This document shows, piece after piece, positions 43,669 through 52,386 of a stretch of 52,386 nt of DNA (within the stretch, counting starts at the first letter, position 1; the number at the start of each line of letters is the position of its first letter). Both the position numbers and the translations under genes were made by a program. Source of the stretch: an uncultured Spirochaetaceae bacterium (GTDB taxonomy: Bacteria; Spirochaetota; Spirochaetia; JAFGXN01); the NCBI GenBank assembly GCA_964369795.1, contig CAYJGX010000006.1:1499-53884 (forward strand), in the 5' to 3' direction. The notes beneath the pieces were generated by a model, which saw nothing but the letters and a program-made list of their open reading frames with translations, did not search any database and was not told where the DNA came from.

Positions 43669-46081
43669 TTTGCTTTTTAAGATTTTTCTTTTCTTTGGTT
43701 CTATAGCGAATTGCAATCATAGCGGGAAGGAAAACTAGGCAAGCAATTGTTGCAAAGAAGAGGGAGCCTGAAATAAGTGTTCCAAAATAGGCGATAGGTG
43801 CAAATTGCGCATAGACCATCATGCCTAACCCTAAGATAATTGCTACGCTCGTAATGATAATAGGACGCCCTGCTTCGATCATCGTCGTTTCTAGTGCGTC
43901 ACGAAGTTTGTCGCTACTTGTAGATTTTTTATAGGATTTTTTGAATGTAAGAATAAAATGGATAGCATCGTCGACACCAATGCCGATTGCTACACTCGAA
44001 ACCATGATTGTTGTCATATCCATTGGTATTCGTGTGATTACCATAACGACTTGATTTAGGCAGATCCCTACTAACATTGGGACAAGGGCGTAAAGGCCGA
44101 AGAAGGCTGAACGCATTGCTAGAGTAATCGAAATAAAAATTAAAATAGAAGAAAGAATTGTAGAGTAGAAAAGATCTGAATTCATTTGTGCCTGCAAACC
44201 GATGAAATCTGCCTTGTAGCCATCGACCATAAAGTCGACGTAGGGGGGCAATAGTTGCGAAAGTTCTTCATTGATGGAGTCGATAAAATCGCTTAATGCG
44301 TCATCGGAGATATAGCCGTGAGGGTTCGAATTGTCGGCGATTCGAATTGTTGTTGTGATTTTATCTGCCCTTGGATTCATTATTTCGAAGGAAATAGCAT
44401 TTGAATTTCGCATTGTTTTAAAGATGGGATCTAGGCGTAAGCGTTGAATTAGGCTGTGTGGAATTTGATATTGACCTTGCATAAGGTAATTTGCTTCCGA
44501 AAGAATTTTAGGAAACGATATTAAGTAGCGAATAATGTCATTATTTTCTAGATTTTGCTCAAATCCTAAAATTAGGTTGAGAACCTCTTCGTTGTGATAA
44601 AAGGTTTTGAGTTGGTCGATTGCAATATCATTTTCCCTACCCCATTTTCTGAGTTTCGTCTGATCGATTTGGAAGTCGATACACAATTGAGACATTCCAG
44701 CAAAATTAGAGCTAATTTTAGCACCGTCTATTACGGCTGGATTGTCGGCGGGAAAGTAGCTTGCATAGTCGGATTCATAGGAAAGAAAATCTTTCGTGAA
44801 AAAAGGAGAAATTAAAATGAGGAGAAGAAGGGCTAAAATAATGTAGCGTCCCTTGATAATTCCAGGAACTCCCTTTTGTAATATCGTTGCGATAAAATTT
44901 GTAAGGGTTTTTCCTTTCTTCTTATTTTTTGTCGCAGGAAGGCAACTAAGTGCGGCAGGTAGAAAAGTTAGAGCAAAAAAAGCTCCAAAGACGAGACCGA
45001 TGGATGTAGAAATTGCAAAAAGGCGGGTTTGTTCGATTTTAGTGACCAAAAGGCCGAGTAGAGCTAAAACTGTTGTAGCGTTTGCCATAAGGATTGTCGG
45101 AGCGACCTTATAAATTGCTGTAAAAATTTGTACGCTTCGGTTGTCCTCGGATTCCCGAACTAGAAGAGATTGATGGTATTGATTAAATGTATGGATACAA
45201 TAGGAGCTTGTAAGGGCAAGAATAAGAGGTGGCGCGACAATACTGACAACCGAAATTTCGATACCTAATAATGCCATTGAGCCAATCATGCAGATGAGGC
45301 TCATTACAATAACCGATAAAGTAATATATACGGCACGTAAGTGTTTAAAGCTGATAAAGAAGAGGATAAGCGAAAGTAAAATTCCAAGAGTCAGTAATAG
45401 GGCAAGGTCGCTAATTAAAAAGCCTTCGATGTATTTTTCAAATTGAGGCCACCCCGCCATATAAAAATTATATAGATCGCTATCTTGTGATAGAATGCTA
45501 GTTATTCGGTCGGGGAGCTCTTTTAGATTTTTTTCATGGGTGTAATCGATTAAGAAGGCAATCATTGTGCCCTCTTCGTTGATAACTAGCCGTTTTGAGA
45601 TGAAATTATTTAAAAGCTCTTCTTTGAAATGGAGGGCCGCTTCGTCGTCTTCGATACCGAATGGGATGTCGTCTCGGCTAGAGGGGTCGAACTTGAGAAT
45701 TCCAGCAGGTTCGAAGGTTACCGCTTGCCCGTCGACGATGACAGGGGAAAGCTTAATTTGCTTGAACGGAGAAAAAGCGACTTCGAGGGCGGTTGCATCC
45801 ACTATTTCGTGGAGCGCAGAAGAAATAGACTCGAGGACTTTTTTTGAGAAAAGGGAAACTCCTTCTATTTCCTCGAAAGCGATAATAAAGTATTCGCTGT
45901 TTTCTCTTTCTTTGGTAAGCTTCGCTTCTTTGATATCGGCAGGAATAAGTTCTTTTAGATTTGTATTAATTTTAATGCCTGGAAAAACAATAATAAAAAC
46001 TGCAAAGAGAACAGTAATGGCAATAGAGAAGGCGACAATATAACCCTTGTACTTAGCTAAATTTTTGTAAAATTCAAACAT
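43640..46081 (-). CDS. RND/MMPL-type (COG1033-like) membrane exporter, paralogue 2
   Basis: The 813-aa product has the same architecture as paralogue 1. It carries GIGVDDAIHFILTF. ATG 46081 follows GAAGGGG. It is very similar to paralogue 3. Confidence 0.85.
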   Translation of the reverse strand: MFEFYKNLAKYKGYIVAFSIAITVLFAVFIIVFPGIKINTNLKELIPADIKEAKLTKERENSEYFIIAFEEIEGVSLFSKKVLESISSALHEIVDATALEVAFSPFKQIKLSPVIVDGQAVTFEPAGILKFDPSSRDDIPFGIEDDEAALHFKEELLNNFISKRLVINEEGTMIAFLIDYTHEKNLKELPDRITSILSQDSDLYNFYMAGWPQFEKYIEGFLISDLALLLTLGILLSLILFFISFKHLRAVYITLSVIVMSLICMIGSMALLGIEISVVSIVAPPLILALTSSYCIHTFNQYHQSLLVRESEDNRSVQIFTAIYKVAPTILMANATTVLALLGLLVTKIEQTRLFAISTSIGLVFGAFFALTFLPAALSCLPATKNKKKGKTLTNFIATILQKGVPGIIKGRYIILALLLLILISPFFTKDFLSYESDYASYFPADNPAVIDGAKISSNFAGMSQLCIDFQIDQTKLRKWGRENDIAIDQLKTFYHNEEVLNLILGFEQNLENNDIIRYLISFPKILSEANYLMQGQYQIPHSLIQRLRLDPIFKTMRNSNAISFEIMNPRADKITTTIRIADNSNPHGYISDDALSDFIDSINEELSQLLPPYVDFMVDGYKADFIGLQAQMNSDLFYSTILSSILIFISITLAMRSAFFGLYALVPMLVGICLNQVVMVITRIPMDMTTIMVSSVAIGIGVDDAIHFILTFKKSYKKSTSSDKLRDALETTMIEAGRPIIITSVAIILGLGMMVYAQFAPIAYFGTLISGSLFFATIACLVFLPAMIAIRYRTKEKKNLKKQIKASPDKLA

Positions 46082-46144
46082 CAAAAACCCCTTCTAACAT
46101 CTTAATACAATCTTAATAATATGTAAAGTTTAATAAAAAAAGAA

Positions 46145-46174
46145 TTGCACATTTAAAGCGTTTGTGCGTATAAT
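46145..46174 (+). promoter_or_regulatory. Candidate promoter (TTGCAC - 18 nt - TATAAT) placed 6 nt before ATG 46180
   Basis: TTGCAC is at 46145-46150 and TATAAT at 46169-46174. No Shine-Dalgarno sequence lies between the -10 box and the ATG. Confidence 0.4.
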
Positions 46175-46179
46175 TGAAT

Positions 46180-46968
46180 ATGATTAATAAAAAACCTTTA
46201 GTGATTTTTATCCTGCTTTTTCTTTTTTTCCCATTGCTCGTTATAGCAGAATCGGTAGTGGATGTTGCCGCATTTGCAGATGCTGTTTATCTTCAAGAAA
46301 AGAACGATAGCGAACTTCGTGCGGAGTATGATCTTCTCTTACCTACTCTAACAGATCCCTATCAAATAGCACTTGCCCACTATTATATGGCCCGTGCCTA
46401 TCAGTCTTTTGATACAGTCGAAATTTGTATCGAACATAATCGAGATATGCGAGAGGGAAAATTTGTATCCTTGTTTAGTTTTTACAATGAGAGAAAGAAT
46501 GCAATTAAATTTTATGAACGTGCTCTTAAAATCGTAGAGCAACAAGATGAAACGGCGAATTGGCTTGCACTTAAAGCAGATTCTATTAGCCAGCTTTGTT
46601 TACTTAAAAGTGTTGGATACACCATGTTTAATGGACTCAAAGTCGAGAAATTTTCCAAGGAAACGCTTAAACTTGACCCTAAAAATGCGACAGCACAATT
46701 TTTAATAGCATCAGCAAAAATATATCCACCAAAAGTCTATTTTGGAAATCCTCCAAAGGCGCTGGAACTTTTAAATGCCATTCAATTACCAGAGTCTCCA
46801 ACAAAGCCAGTATTATTTGACTTCGCTCTTGGGTATGCTTATACATATGCACGGCTAGGACAAAAAAACGAGGCCCTCCTTAAAATAAAGGAAGCCCTCG
46901 CTTTTTATCCGACAAATTGCTTTGCCAATGCCGTTTCTATCATGATTGAGAACGACGAAATAAAGTAA
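46180..46968 (+). CDS. Secreted helical (TPR-like) protein, paralogue 2
   Basis: The signal peptide is MINKKPLVIFILLFLFFPLLVIA. It is a paralogue of 41713..42528. The track start is TTG 46174. Confidence 0.65.
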   Translation: MINKKPLVIFILLFLFFPLLVIAESVVDVAAFADAVYLQEKNDSELRAEYDLLLPTLTDPYQIALAHYYMARAYQSFDTVEICIEHNRDMREGKFVSLFSFYNERKNAIKFYERALKIVEQQDETANWLALKADSISQLCLLKSVGYTMFNGLKVEKFSKETLKLDPKNATAQFLIASAKIYPPKVYFGNPPKALELLNAIQLPESPTKPVLFDFALGYAYTYARLGQKNEALLKIKEALAFYPTNCFANAVSIMIENDEIK

Positions 46969-46970
46969 TT

Positions 46971-49409
46971 TTACTCGGTTGCCAGACTGCGTTTTAAGGC
47001 TCGCTTGCGCTCGCGTTTCTCTTTTGCACGATACCGAATCGAAATCATTGCAGGCAAGAAAACTAAACATGCAATGGTTGCAAAGAAGAGAGAGCCTGCA
47101 ATGAGCGTTCCAAAGTAGGCAACCGGAGTGAATTGAGCATAAACCATCATGCCTAACCCTAGAATAATTGAGACACTTGTGATAATAATCGGCCTCCCCG
47201 CTTCTTCCATCGTTTCTTCTAAAGCTTCGCGCAGCCGATCCTCGGATTTCGCCTTTTCATAACAATTTCTAAAAGTGAGCAAAAAGTGAATGGCGTCGTC
47301 GACACCAATTCCAATGGCGACACTTGAGACCATGACTGTTGTCATATCCATCGGGATGCCTGTGATTACCATGACCACTTGATTTAAACAAACTCCAACG
47401 AGCATAGGAATGAGCGAATATAGACCACAGTAGGCAGAACGAAGCGCAACGGTTATGGTTAAGAAAATTAAAATAGAAGAAAGAAGAGTGGAATTAAATA
47501 AGTCGGTGTTCATTTGAGTTCGCAAGTCGATAAAGTCAACCCGATAGCCATCAACAACAAAATCGACATAAGAAGGCAAGATTTGCGAAAGCTCATGATT
47601 TAGAGAGTCAAGCATGTCTCCAAGTGTTTCTTCCGCTAAATAGCCATGCGCATTGGTTAAATCGCTGACACGAATGGTTGTTGTAATTTTGTTGGCTTGA
47701 GGATTGATAAATTCAAAAGCCATTGCGTTGGAGCTTCGCATTGTTTTAAAGATAGAATCTAGTCGTAATCGCTGGATAAGATCCGATGGAATTTCTCTCG
47801 TGCCTTCCATAACATAATTGGTTTCGGCAAGCATTTTGGGAAATGAAATTAGGTATCGAATGTATTGAGATTGTTCAATGGTTTGCTCGAATTTATGGAT
47901 TTGGCGTAAAAGTTCTTCGTTGTGATAAAAGGTTCTGAGGTTTTGAGTTGCGGTGTTGTTCTCTTTTCCCCATTCTTTTAGTTTTTGATTGTTGATGCTA
48001 AAGTCGATATACAGCTGAGTGATTCCTGTAAAATTTTTGCTGATGCGAGCCGCTTCTATGACGGCAGGGTTATCTTCTGGGAAGTATGCAACATAGTCAG
48101 ATTCATAGGATAAAAAATGGGTGGTTACGAGGGGGGCAGCAAGAATCAGAATAAGGAATGCAAGGATAATATAACGCCCTCTAATGAGCCCTGGAACTCC
48201 TTTTTTGAGAATGGTAGCAATGAAGTTAGTCGTCCGTCGGCCTTTTGTTTTGACTTTAGGGGCCTTTAGGCAGGCAAGGAGGGCTGGCAAGAAGGTGAGT
48301 GAAAAAAGAGCTCCAAATGCAAGGCCAATAGAAGTAGAAATGGCAAAAAGCCGTGTTTGAGGAATTTTCGTTACAAGGAGGCCAAGTAATGCAATAATAG
48401 TGGTAGCATTGGCCATAAGGATTGTAGGTGCAACCTTGTAAATGGCGACAAAAATTTGCTCTGCACGATTTTCTTCTGTTTTACGGACTAGAAGATGTTG
48501 ATGGTATTGATTGAATGTGTGAATACAATAAGAGCTAGTAAGGGCCAAAATGAGTGGTGGCGCAACAATACTGACAACCGATATTTCGATTCCTATGAGA
48601 GCCATAGCGCCTAACATACATATGATACTCATCAAAATAACTGAAAGAGTGACAAATACGGCTCGGAAGTATTTAAAGCTAATAAAGAAAAGGACTAGAG
48701 AGAGTAGTATTCCTAGCCCTAATAGAAGACCAAGATCGGTAACTAAAAAAGTACCAATGTATTTTTCGAATTGAGGTGTTCCTGCGATAGAAAAGCCAAA
48801 GAGTTTGTTATGAGTCGATAAGATAGATGAAAGTCGATCTGGAAGAGTTTTTAAAGATTTTTCTTTTGAGTAGTCTAGAAGAAGGGCAAGCATTGTTCCC
48901 TCTTCGTTGATGATAAGTCGTCGTGAGATGAAGTTATTTAGAAGATCTTCCTTGAAACGGAGCGCCATCTCGTCATCCTCTATGGCAAAAGGTAGATTGT
49001 CATGGCTGTTAGGATCGAATTTGAGTAGACCTTCGGGTTCAAATGTGACCGTTTTTCCATTGACTATAACAGGGCTGATTTTAACTTGTTGAAAGGGGGA
49101 AAAGGCAACTTCTAGTGCCGTTGTATCGGTTATTTCATAAATAACCATTTCAATTGTTTCTAGAACCTCTTTGGAAAAAAGCGGAACCCCTTCTATTTCT
49201 TCGAATGCGACAACTAGGTATTCGAAGTTATCTCGTTCTTTTGTTAGTTTGTCCTCTTTTGCCGAGGGGGGGATTAAAGAGCGTAAATCGGTATTGATTT
49301 TAATTTGAGGATAAAATGCTAGGAAAAAAGCAAATATACTGGTGAGAAATAGAGCCCCAATGATGATACTGATTTTGTATTTGGCTAATTTTTTATAAAA
49401 TTCGAACAT
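46971..49409 (-). CDS. RND/MMPL-type (COG1033-like) membrane exporter, paralogue 3
   Basis: The 812-aa product carries GIGVDDAIHFLLTF. ATG 49409 follows GGAGCAAAA and lies 17 nt after the stop of the upstream acyltransferase. Confidence 0.85.
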   Translation of the reverse strand: MFEFYKKLAKYKISIIIGALFLTSIFAFFLAFYPQIKINTDLRSLIPPSAKEDKLTKERDNFEYLVVAFEEIEGVPLFSKEVLETIEMVIYEITDTTALEVAFSPFQQVKISPVIVNGKTVTFEPEGLLKFDPNSHDNLPFAIEDDEMALRFKEDLLNNFISRRLIINEEGTMLALLLDYSKEKSLKTLPDRLSSILSTHNKLFGFSIAGTPQFEKYIGTFLVTDLGLLLGLGILLSLVLFFISFKYFRAVFVTLSVILMSIICMLGAMALIGIEISVVSIVAPPLILALTSSYCIHTFNQYHQHLLVRKTEENRAEQIFVAIYKVAPTILMANATTIIALLGLLVTKIPQTRLFAISTSIGLAFGALFSLTFLPALLACLKAPKVKTKGRRTTNFIATILKKGVPGLIRGRYIILAFLILILAAPLVTTHFLSYESDYVAYFPEDNPAVIEAARISKNFTGITQLYIDFSINNQKLKEWGKENNTATQNLRTFYHNEELLRQIHKFEQTIEQSQYIRYLISFPKMLAETNYVMEGTREIPSDLIQRLRLDSIFKTMRSSNAMAFEFINPQANKITTTIRVSDLTNAHGYLAEETLGDMLDSLNHELSQILPSYVDFVVDGYRVDFIDLRTQMNTDLFNSTLLSSILIFLTITVALRSAYCGLYSLIPMLVGVCLNQVVMVITGIPMDMTTVMVSSVAIGIGVDDAIHFLLTFRNCYEKAKSEDRLREALEETMEEAGRPIIITSVSIILGLGMMVYAQFTPVAYFGTLIAGSLFFATIACLVFLPAMISIRYRAKEKRERKRALKRSLATE

Positions 49410-49426
49410 TTTTGCTCCTGTGGGGG

Positions 49427-50620
49427 TTAGAATTGCATGTCTGTCTTTTGAGCGGCCCATATGTAGTTCATGTATTTTAAGGCACTAAGACGAGTATTGT
49501 TTTTAATTCTATAGGTGATTGCAGGGGATAAAGTGGTTATTTGAAAAGCATTTCTACCCTCGAAAGCCATTCCTCGGATTCTGTCAAATGGGATTTCTAT
49601 TTTGTCTAAAAAGTTGTCGTTGACAGGTTCAAGTTCGAGTCTGTTTTTGTATAATTGGCATTTGAAGTCTCCTAATAACTCGTTACGGTAGGAGGTGGTC
49701 TTTCGCAATATTTTCCATGTTCCGTCCTCTAGAAGAACGTCGTTCTCTCCATAGGAGTCGAAGTCAATCGCTTTTACCTGCTCTTTTTGCCATTCATCCC
49801 ATTGATCGGTTTGAGTAAAATGGTTTCCTTCTAAATAGCCGTATTCTGTGTAGGTCCATGTTTCACCACATTGTACGCATTTAATTGAATTATTTTTAGA
49901 GCGCAAAGTAGAGACGTTTTTACATGATGGGCACATATAGAAACAATGTTCAAAACCTTCTGCTAAGAGTTTTCCTTTGTATGGGGTCGGGTTTGCATTT
50001 TGGATTTTATATGAATCTACTGTGAGATTTTCTTCGATTGAAGTTATGAGCTCTTCATTGCTCATCTGTGCGAGTTCTTCTACCGTATAGATTTTTTTGA
50101 TTTTGACATCGATTCTACCGCGGCGTTTTTTGTGAACAGCCCAACGCGGGTTTGCGAAATAGGCTCCTTCGATATTATAGATAACAATAGGAACATTTAA
50201 TCGTTTAGCAAGTTTGCTAATGGTTGGGCTGATGTAGGAATTTTTGCCCGCACAGCTTTTATTTCCTTCGGGAAAAATACAGACATTCCCTTTTCCACTG
50301 ATTGCATCATTGATTCCGCGCAAGGCAGAAGTATCTAATTTAGAGCTTTTTGTAATAGGAATGGGTTCTAAAAGGTATTTTACAATTTTTCCTGCAACAG
50401 GCAAGCTTGAAACATGATCGCTCATTACAAAATAAAAGGGTATTCCTAAACATCGAGCCATAAGGAATGGATCAAAATCTGAGGCATGGTTTGCAAGTAC
50501 CACATAGGGTCGCTTTAGTTTACATTTTTCGTATGAAACAATAAATTTACTTGTAATAATCCGAGCAACGAATAATCCTAAACCCCTAATCCAAAATGAG
50601 TGTCTAGCTCTTACTTTCAT
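49427..50620 (-). CDS. PlsC/LPLAT-family acyltransferase with a C-terminal zinc-ribbon extension (AT3)
   Basis: The HX4D box is NHASDFD and FPEGN is present. The zinc ribbon is CPSC...CVQC (49868-49933), followed by QWDEWQ. ATG 50620 follows GGAGG. Confidence 0.8.
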   Translation of the reverse strand: MKVRARHSFWIRGLGLFVARIITSKFIVSYEKCKLKRPYVVLANHASDFDPFLMARCLGIPFYFVMSDHVSSLPVAGKIVKYLLEPIPITKSSKLDTSALRGINDAISGKGNVCIFPEGNKSCAGKNSYISPTISKLAKRLNVPIVIYNIEGAYFANPRWAVHKKRRGRIDVKIKKIYTVEELAQMSNEELITSIEENLTVDSYKIQNANPTPYKGKLLAEGFEHCFYMCPSCKNVSTLRSKNNSIKCVQCGETWTYTEYGYLEGNHFTQTDQWDEWQKEQVKAIDFDSYGENDVLLEDGTWKILRKTTSYRNELLGDFKCQLYKNRLELEPVNDNFLDKIEIPFDRIRGMAFEGRNAFQITTLSPAITYRIKNNTRLSALKYMNYIWAAQKTDMQF

Positions 50621-50755
50621 AGTAACCTCCAATTATACAATTCTACTTCACTTTTAATGTTTTGTCATATGTTTAAACTAAAGATTAATGATTTTTTTTA
50701 ATAAAAAAAATGCTTACTTTTGCACTTCCTTCTTCTATAGTGATGTTTATAGAGG

Positions 50756-50785
50756 TTGCTAAAGGGTGAGAAATCGTGATAAAAT
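50756..50785 (+). promoter_or_regulatory. Candidate extended -10 promoter (TTGCTA - 18 nt - TGaTAAAAT) 7 nt before ATG 50792
   Basis: TTGCTA is at 50756-50761, TG at 50777-50778 and TAAAAT at 50780-50785. This is a pattern match only. Confidence 0.4.
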
Positions 50786-50791
50786 AGAGAT

Positions 50792-51943
50792 ATGGAAAAT
50801 GTTTTGTTGGGGTATTCGATATTTATTCTAGTTGCTGGGTCCTATTTAGCCTTTGTAACTATAGTAAATATTATTTATTTGATTATTTATTCTCATCAAG
50901 GAAAGAAAGAGTTTACTCTTAAAGAGGGAGAAAAGGCCCCGAAAATCTCTGTTCTAATTCCTGCACGAAACGAGGAAACTCGTATTCGCCCAACGCTTAA
51001 CGCCCTATTAAATCAAAATTATCCAAATTATGAAATTTGCGTTCTAAACGATTCTTCTACCGATTCCACAGGCGATATTTTAGCCGAATACCAAGCGAAG
51101 TCTAGTAAAATAAAAATTTTCAATGGCAAACCTTTAGCCGAAGGATGGAAAGGAAAGCCCCATGCACTTCAGCAGCTTATCGACCAGACAGATGGTGATT
51201 ATGTTATTTGTCTCGATGCAGACTTAACGGTAAGTGAAGATTTTATCAGTTGGTCTATCTTGCGAATGTTAAAAACAGGGGTAGACAGTATGTCGGCTTG
51301 GCCACGACATAACTATCAACAAAAACGAGAATATATCGTTTGTCCTGCCATTTATACTCTTACTTCTTTCTTAATGCCTCTTTGGCTCATTCATACGACA
51401 AAGAATAAATTTTTTGCCTTTGCTATCCAATTTGCCATTTATAAACGAGAGGCGTTGGAAAAAATTGGGGGCTATGCCGCTGCAAAAAATGTAATGAATG
51501 AAGATCTTGGAATGGCGCGAGAAATGAAAGCTGCAGGCTACAAAACTATTTTCTTAGATGCTAAGCGAAAAATTCGTGGCGACATGTATGAAAATTTTTC
51601 GTCGGCAGTTACTGGAATCGAACGCAGTATTGCTTCCGTGTTTGAAAATAAATTATATCCAATTCTTATTTTGTCTATATTCTTGTTTATTGCACTTATT
51701 TTACCGCCTTTTTTTGTCTTAGCAGTGACTCTTTTGCAAGCATCTGGATGGTACTTAGGGATTATCGGCATAAGTCTTTTTTGCGGCTCTTGGATTTTTG
51801 CAATGATTAATAGACGGTTAAACCCTTTGTCGTGGTTTATTTTCCCCGTTACTTATTCTGCAATTATTTTTTTAGCGTGGCGTTCATATTTTAGATCTCG
51901 GACAGGCAAAGGTTTTATCTGGAAGGGGCGAAAGGTTGTCTAA
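50792..51943 (+). CDS. Membrane-anchored family 2 glycosyltransferase (lipid-glycosyltransferase-like topology)
   Basis: The product has an N-terminal TM segment, the GT2 motifs ISVLIPARNEE, LNDSSTD, CLDADL and NEDLGMA, and C-terminal TM segments. Confidence 0.8.
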   Translation: MENVLLGYSIFILVAGSYLAFVTIVNIIYLIIYSHQGKKEFTLKEGEKAPKISVLIPARNEETRIRPTLNALLNQNYPNYEICVLNDSSTDSTGDILAEYQAKSSKIKIFNGKPLAEGWKGKPHALQQLIDQTDGDYVICLDADLTVSEDFISWSILRMLKTGVDSMSAWPRHNYQQKREYIVCPAIYTLTSFLMPLWLIHTTKNKFFAFAIQFAIYKREALEKIGGYAAAKNVMNEDLGMAREMKAAGYKTIFLDAKRKIRGDMYENFSSAVTGIERSIASVFENKLYPILILSIFLFIALILPPFFVLAVTLLQASGWYLGIIGISLFCGSWIFAMINRRLNPLSWFIFPVTYSAIIFLAWRSYFRSRTGKGFIWKGRKVV

Positions 51944-52386
51944 ACCGCAAGCAATTATATCTTTTAATCCAATTTTTCGCTTTTTTGCGCGGTTCACATT
52001 TTTGCTAATCGCTATTCTTGTCACATTTGCATTCCCTATCATGTACAAAATTAAAATTAGGGGTCGGAAAAATTTACACTTGGTAAAAAAAGGAGCCGTA
52101 TCGATTAGTAATCATTGTACCTACTTAGATCCTGGACTTATTGGACTAGCACTTTATAGAAAACGAATACATTTTTCTGGGACAGAAAAGGCTTTTAGGG
52201 TGAAAGGGCTCAATCTTTTTGTGCGTTTGCTTGGAGGTTTTCCTATTCCAGCCGAAAACCCAGGAGCGATTACCCCTTATGTTCGCAAGGCTTTGAAAAA
52301 GGGGGATTGGGTGCATTTTTATGCAGAGGGCGATTTGTATGACTATAATCAAGAGGTCCTTCCTCTTATGGATGGTGCTTTCTTTT
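51936..52386 (+). CDS. PlsC/LPLAT-family acyltransferase (AT4), 3'-truncated by the window end
   Basis: This is my own translation of the frame open from 51876 to the window end. It has an N-terminal TM segment, the HX4D box SNHCTYLD, GGFPIP and FYAEGD. The candidate TTG start at 51936 overlaps the GT2 stop by 8 nt. The ORF is absent from the track because it has no stop codon in the window. Confidence 0.7.
   Translation, partial: MSKPQAIISFNPIFRFFARFTFLLIAILVTFAFPIMYKIKIRGRKNLHLVKKGAVSISNHCTYLDPGLIGLALYRKRIHFSGTEKAFRVKGLNLFVRLLGGFPIPAENPGAITPYVRKALKKGDWVHFYAEGDLYDYNQEVLPLMDGAFF

Noticed and set aside
36506-49092. Short antisense ORFs inside the three exporter genes (for example 36506..36697, 38603..38794, 44594..45113, 45567..46043, 48550..48774, 48907..49092)
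   Set aside because: All are embedded antisense in long CDSs with clear TM and motif architecture. The parallel occurrence in paralogues 2 and 3 simply reflects their sequence similarity.
50692-50712. A/T palindrome ttttttttaataaaaaaaa in the AT3/GT2 divergent intergenic region
   Set aside because: It is pure A/T sequence with negligible hairpin stability. It is more likely intrinsic promoter-region AT-richness or curvature than a specific operator.
1-52386. Search for CRISPR arrays, tRNA/rRNA genes, transposases, integrases, toxin-antitoxin pairs or known defence-system genes
   Set aside because: No direct-repeat/spacer arrays were seen, and there are no T-loop-bearing GC-rich ~75-nt segments. 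No DDE, tyrosine or serine recombinase motifs and no nuclease, helicase or ATPase defence modules were seen either. The lipid locus has no flanking repeats or mobility genes inside the window, so I do not call it a mobile island.

Overview
A 52.4 kb chromosomal window of about 40% GC by eye. It is densely coding and has many lipobox lipoproteins and a flgM-like gene. The gene content suggests a diderm, flagellated organism, possibly a spirochaete, but taxonomy cannot be established from this window alone. I recognise no rRNA, tRNA, CRISPR array, transposase, integrase or classical defence gene. The first ~34 kb mixes housekeeping genes with surface and secreted proteins. The housekeeping genes are htpG, a THUMP methyltransferase, a Nudix hydrolase, a ferredoxin, a rhomboid protease, a polyprenyl synthase, a TyrA-like dehydrogenase, rlmE, lspA, a Nif3-like protein, rsmI, rpiB and clpP. 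The surface and secreted set comprises a 1254-aa lipoprotein with nine InlB-type B-repeats and a C-terminal C-type-lectin-like domain, an orphan OppA-like binding protein, a run of peptidase-fold proteins of which two look catalytically degenerate, tandem lipoprotein paralogues, tandem NlpC/P60 paralogues and a secreted ankyrin protein. A small sugar operon encodes a GH27 alpha-galactosidase, a lyxose/mannose isomerase and a fructokinase. The most system-like region runs from ~34.7 kb to the window end. It is a modular lipid locus with four PlsC-type acyltransferases, three of which carry an unusual C-terminal zinc-ribbon plus beta-rich extension. It also encodes three RND/MMPL (COG1033-like) exporters, two of them recent duplicates, and two secreted helical paralogues transcribed divergently from the exporter operons. 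A NahK-like sugar-1-kinase, a membrane GT2, an SDR and a lysophospholipase-like hydrolase complete it, and there are no fatty-acid/polyketide synthase, LPS or capsule genes. I interpret it as a previously uncharacterised acylation/glycosylation-coupled (glyco)lipid export system. That reading is inference from domain motifs and gene order only.
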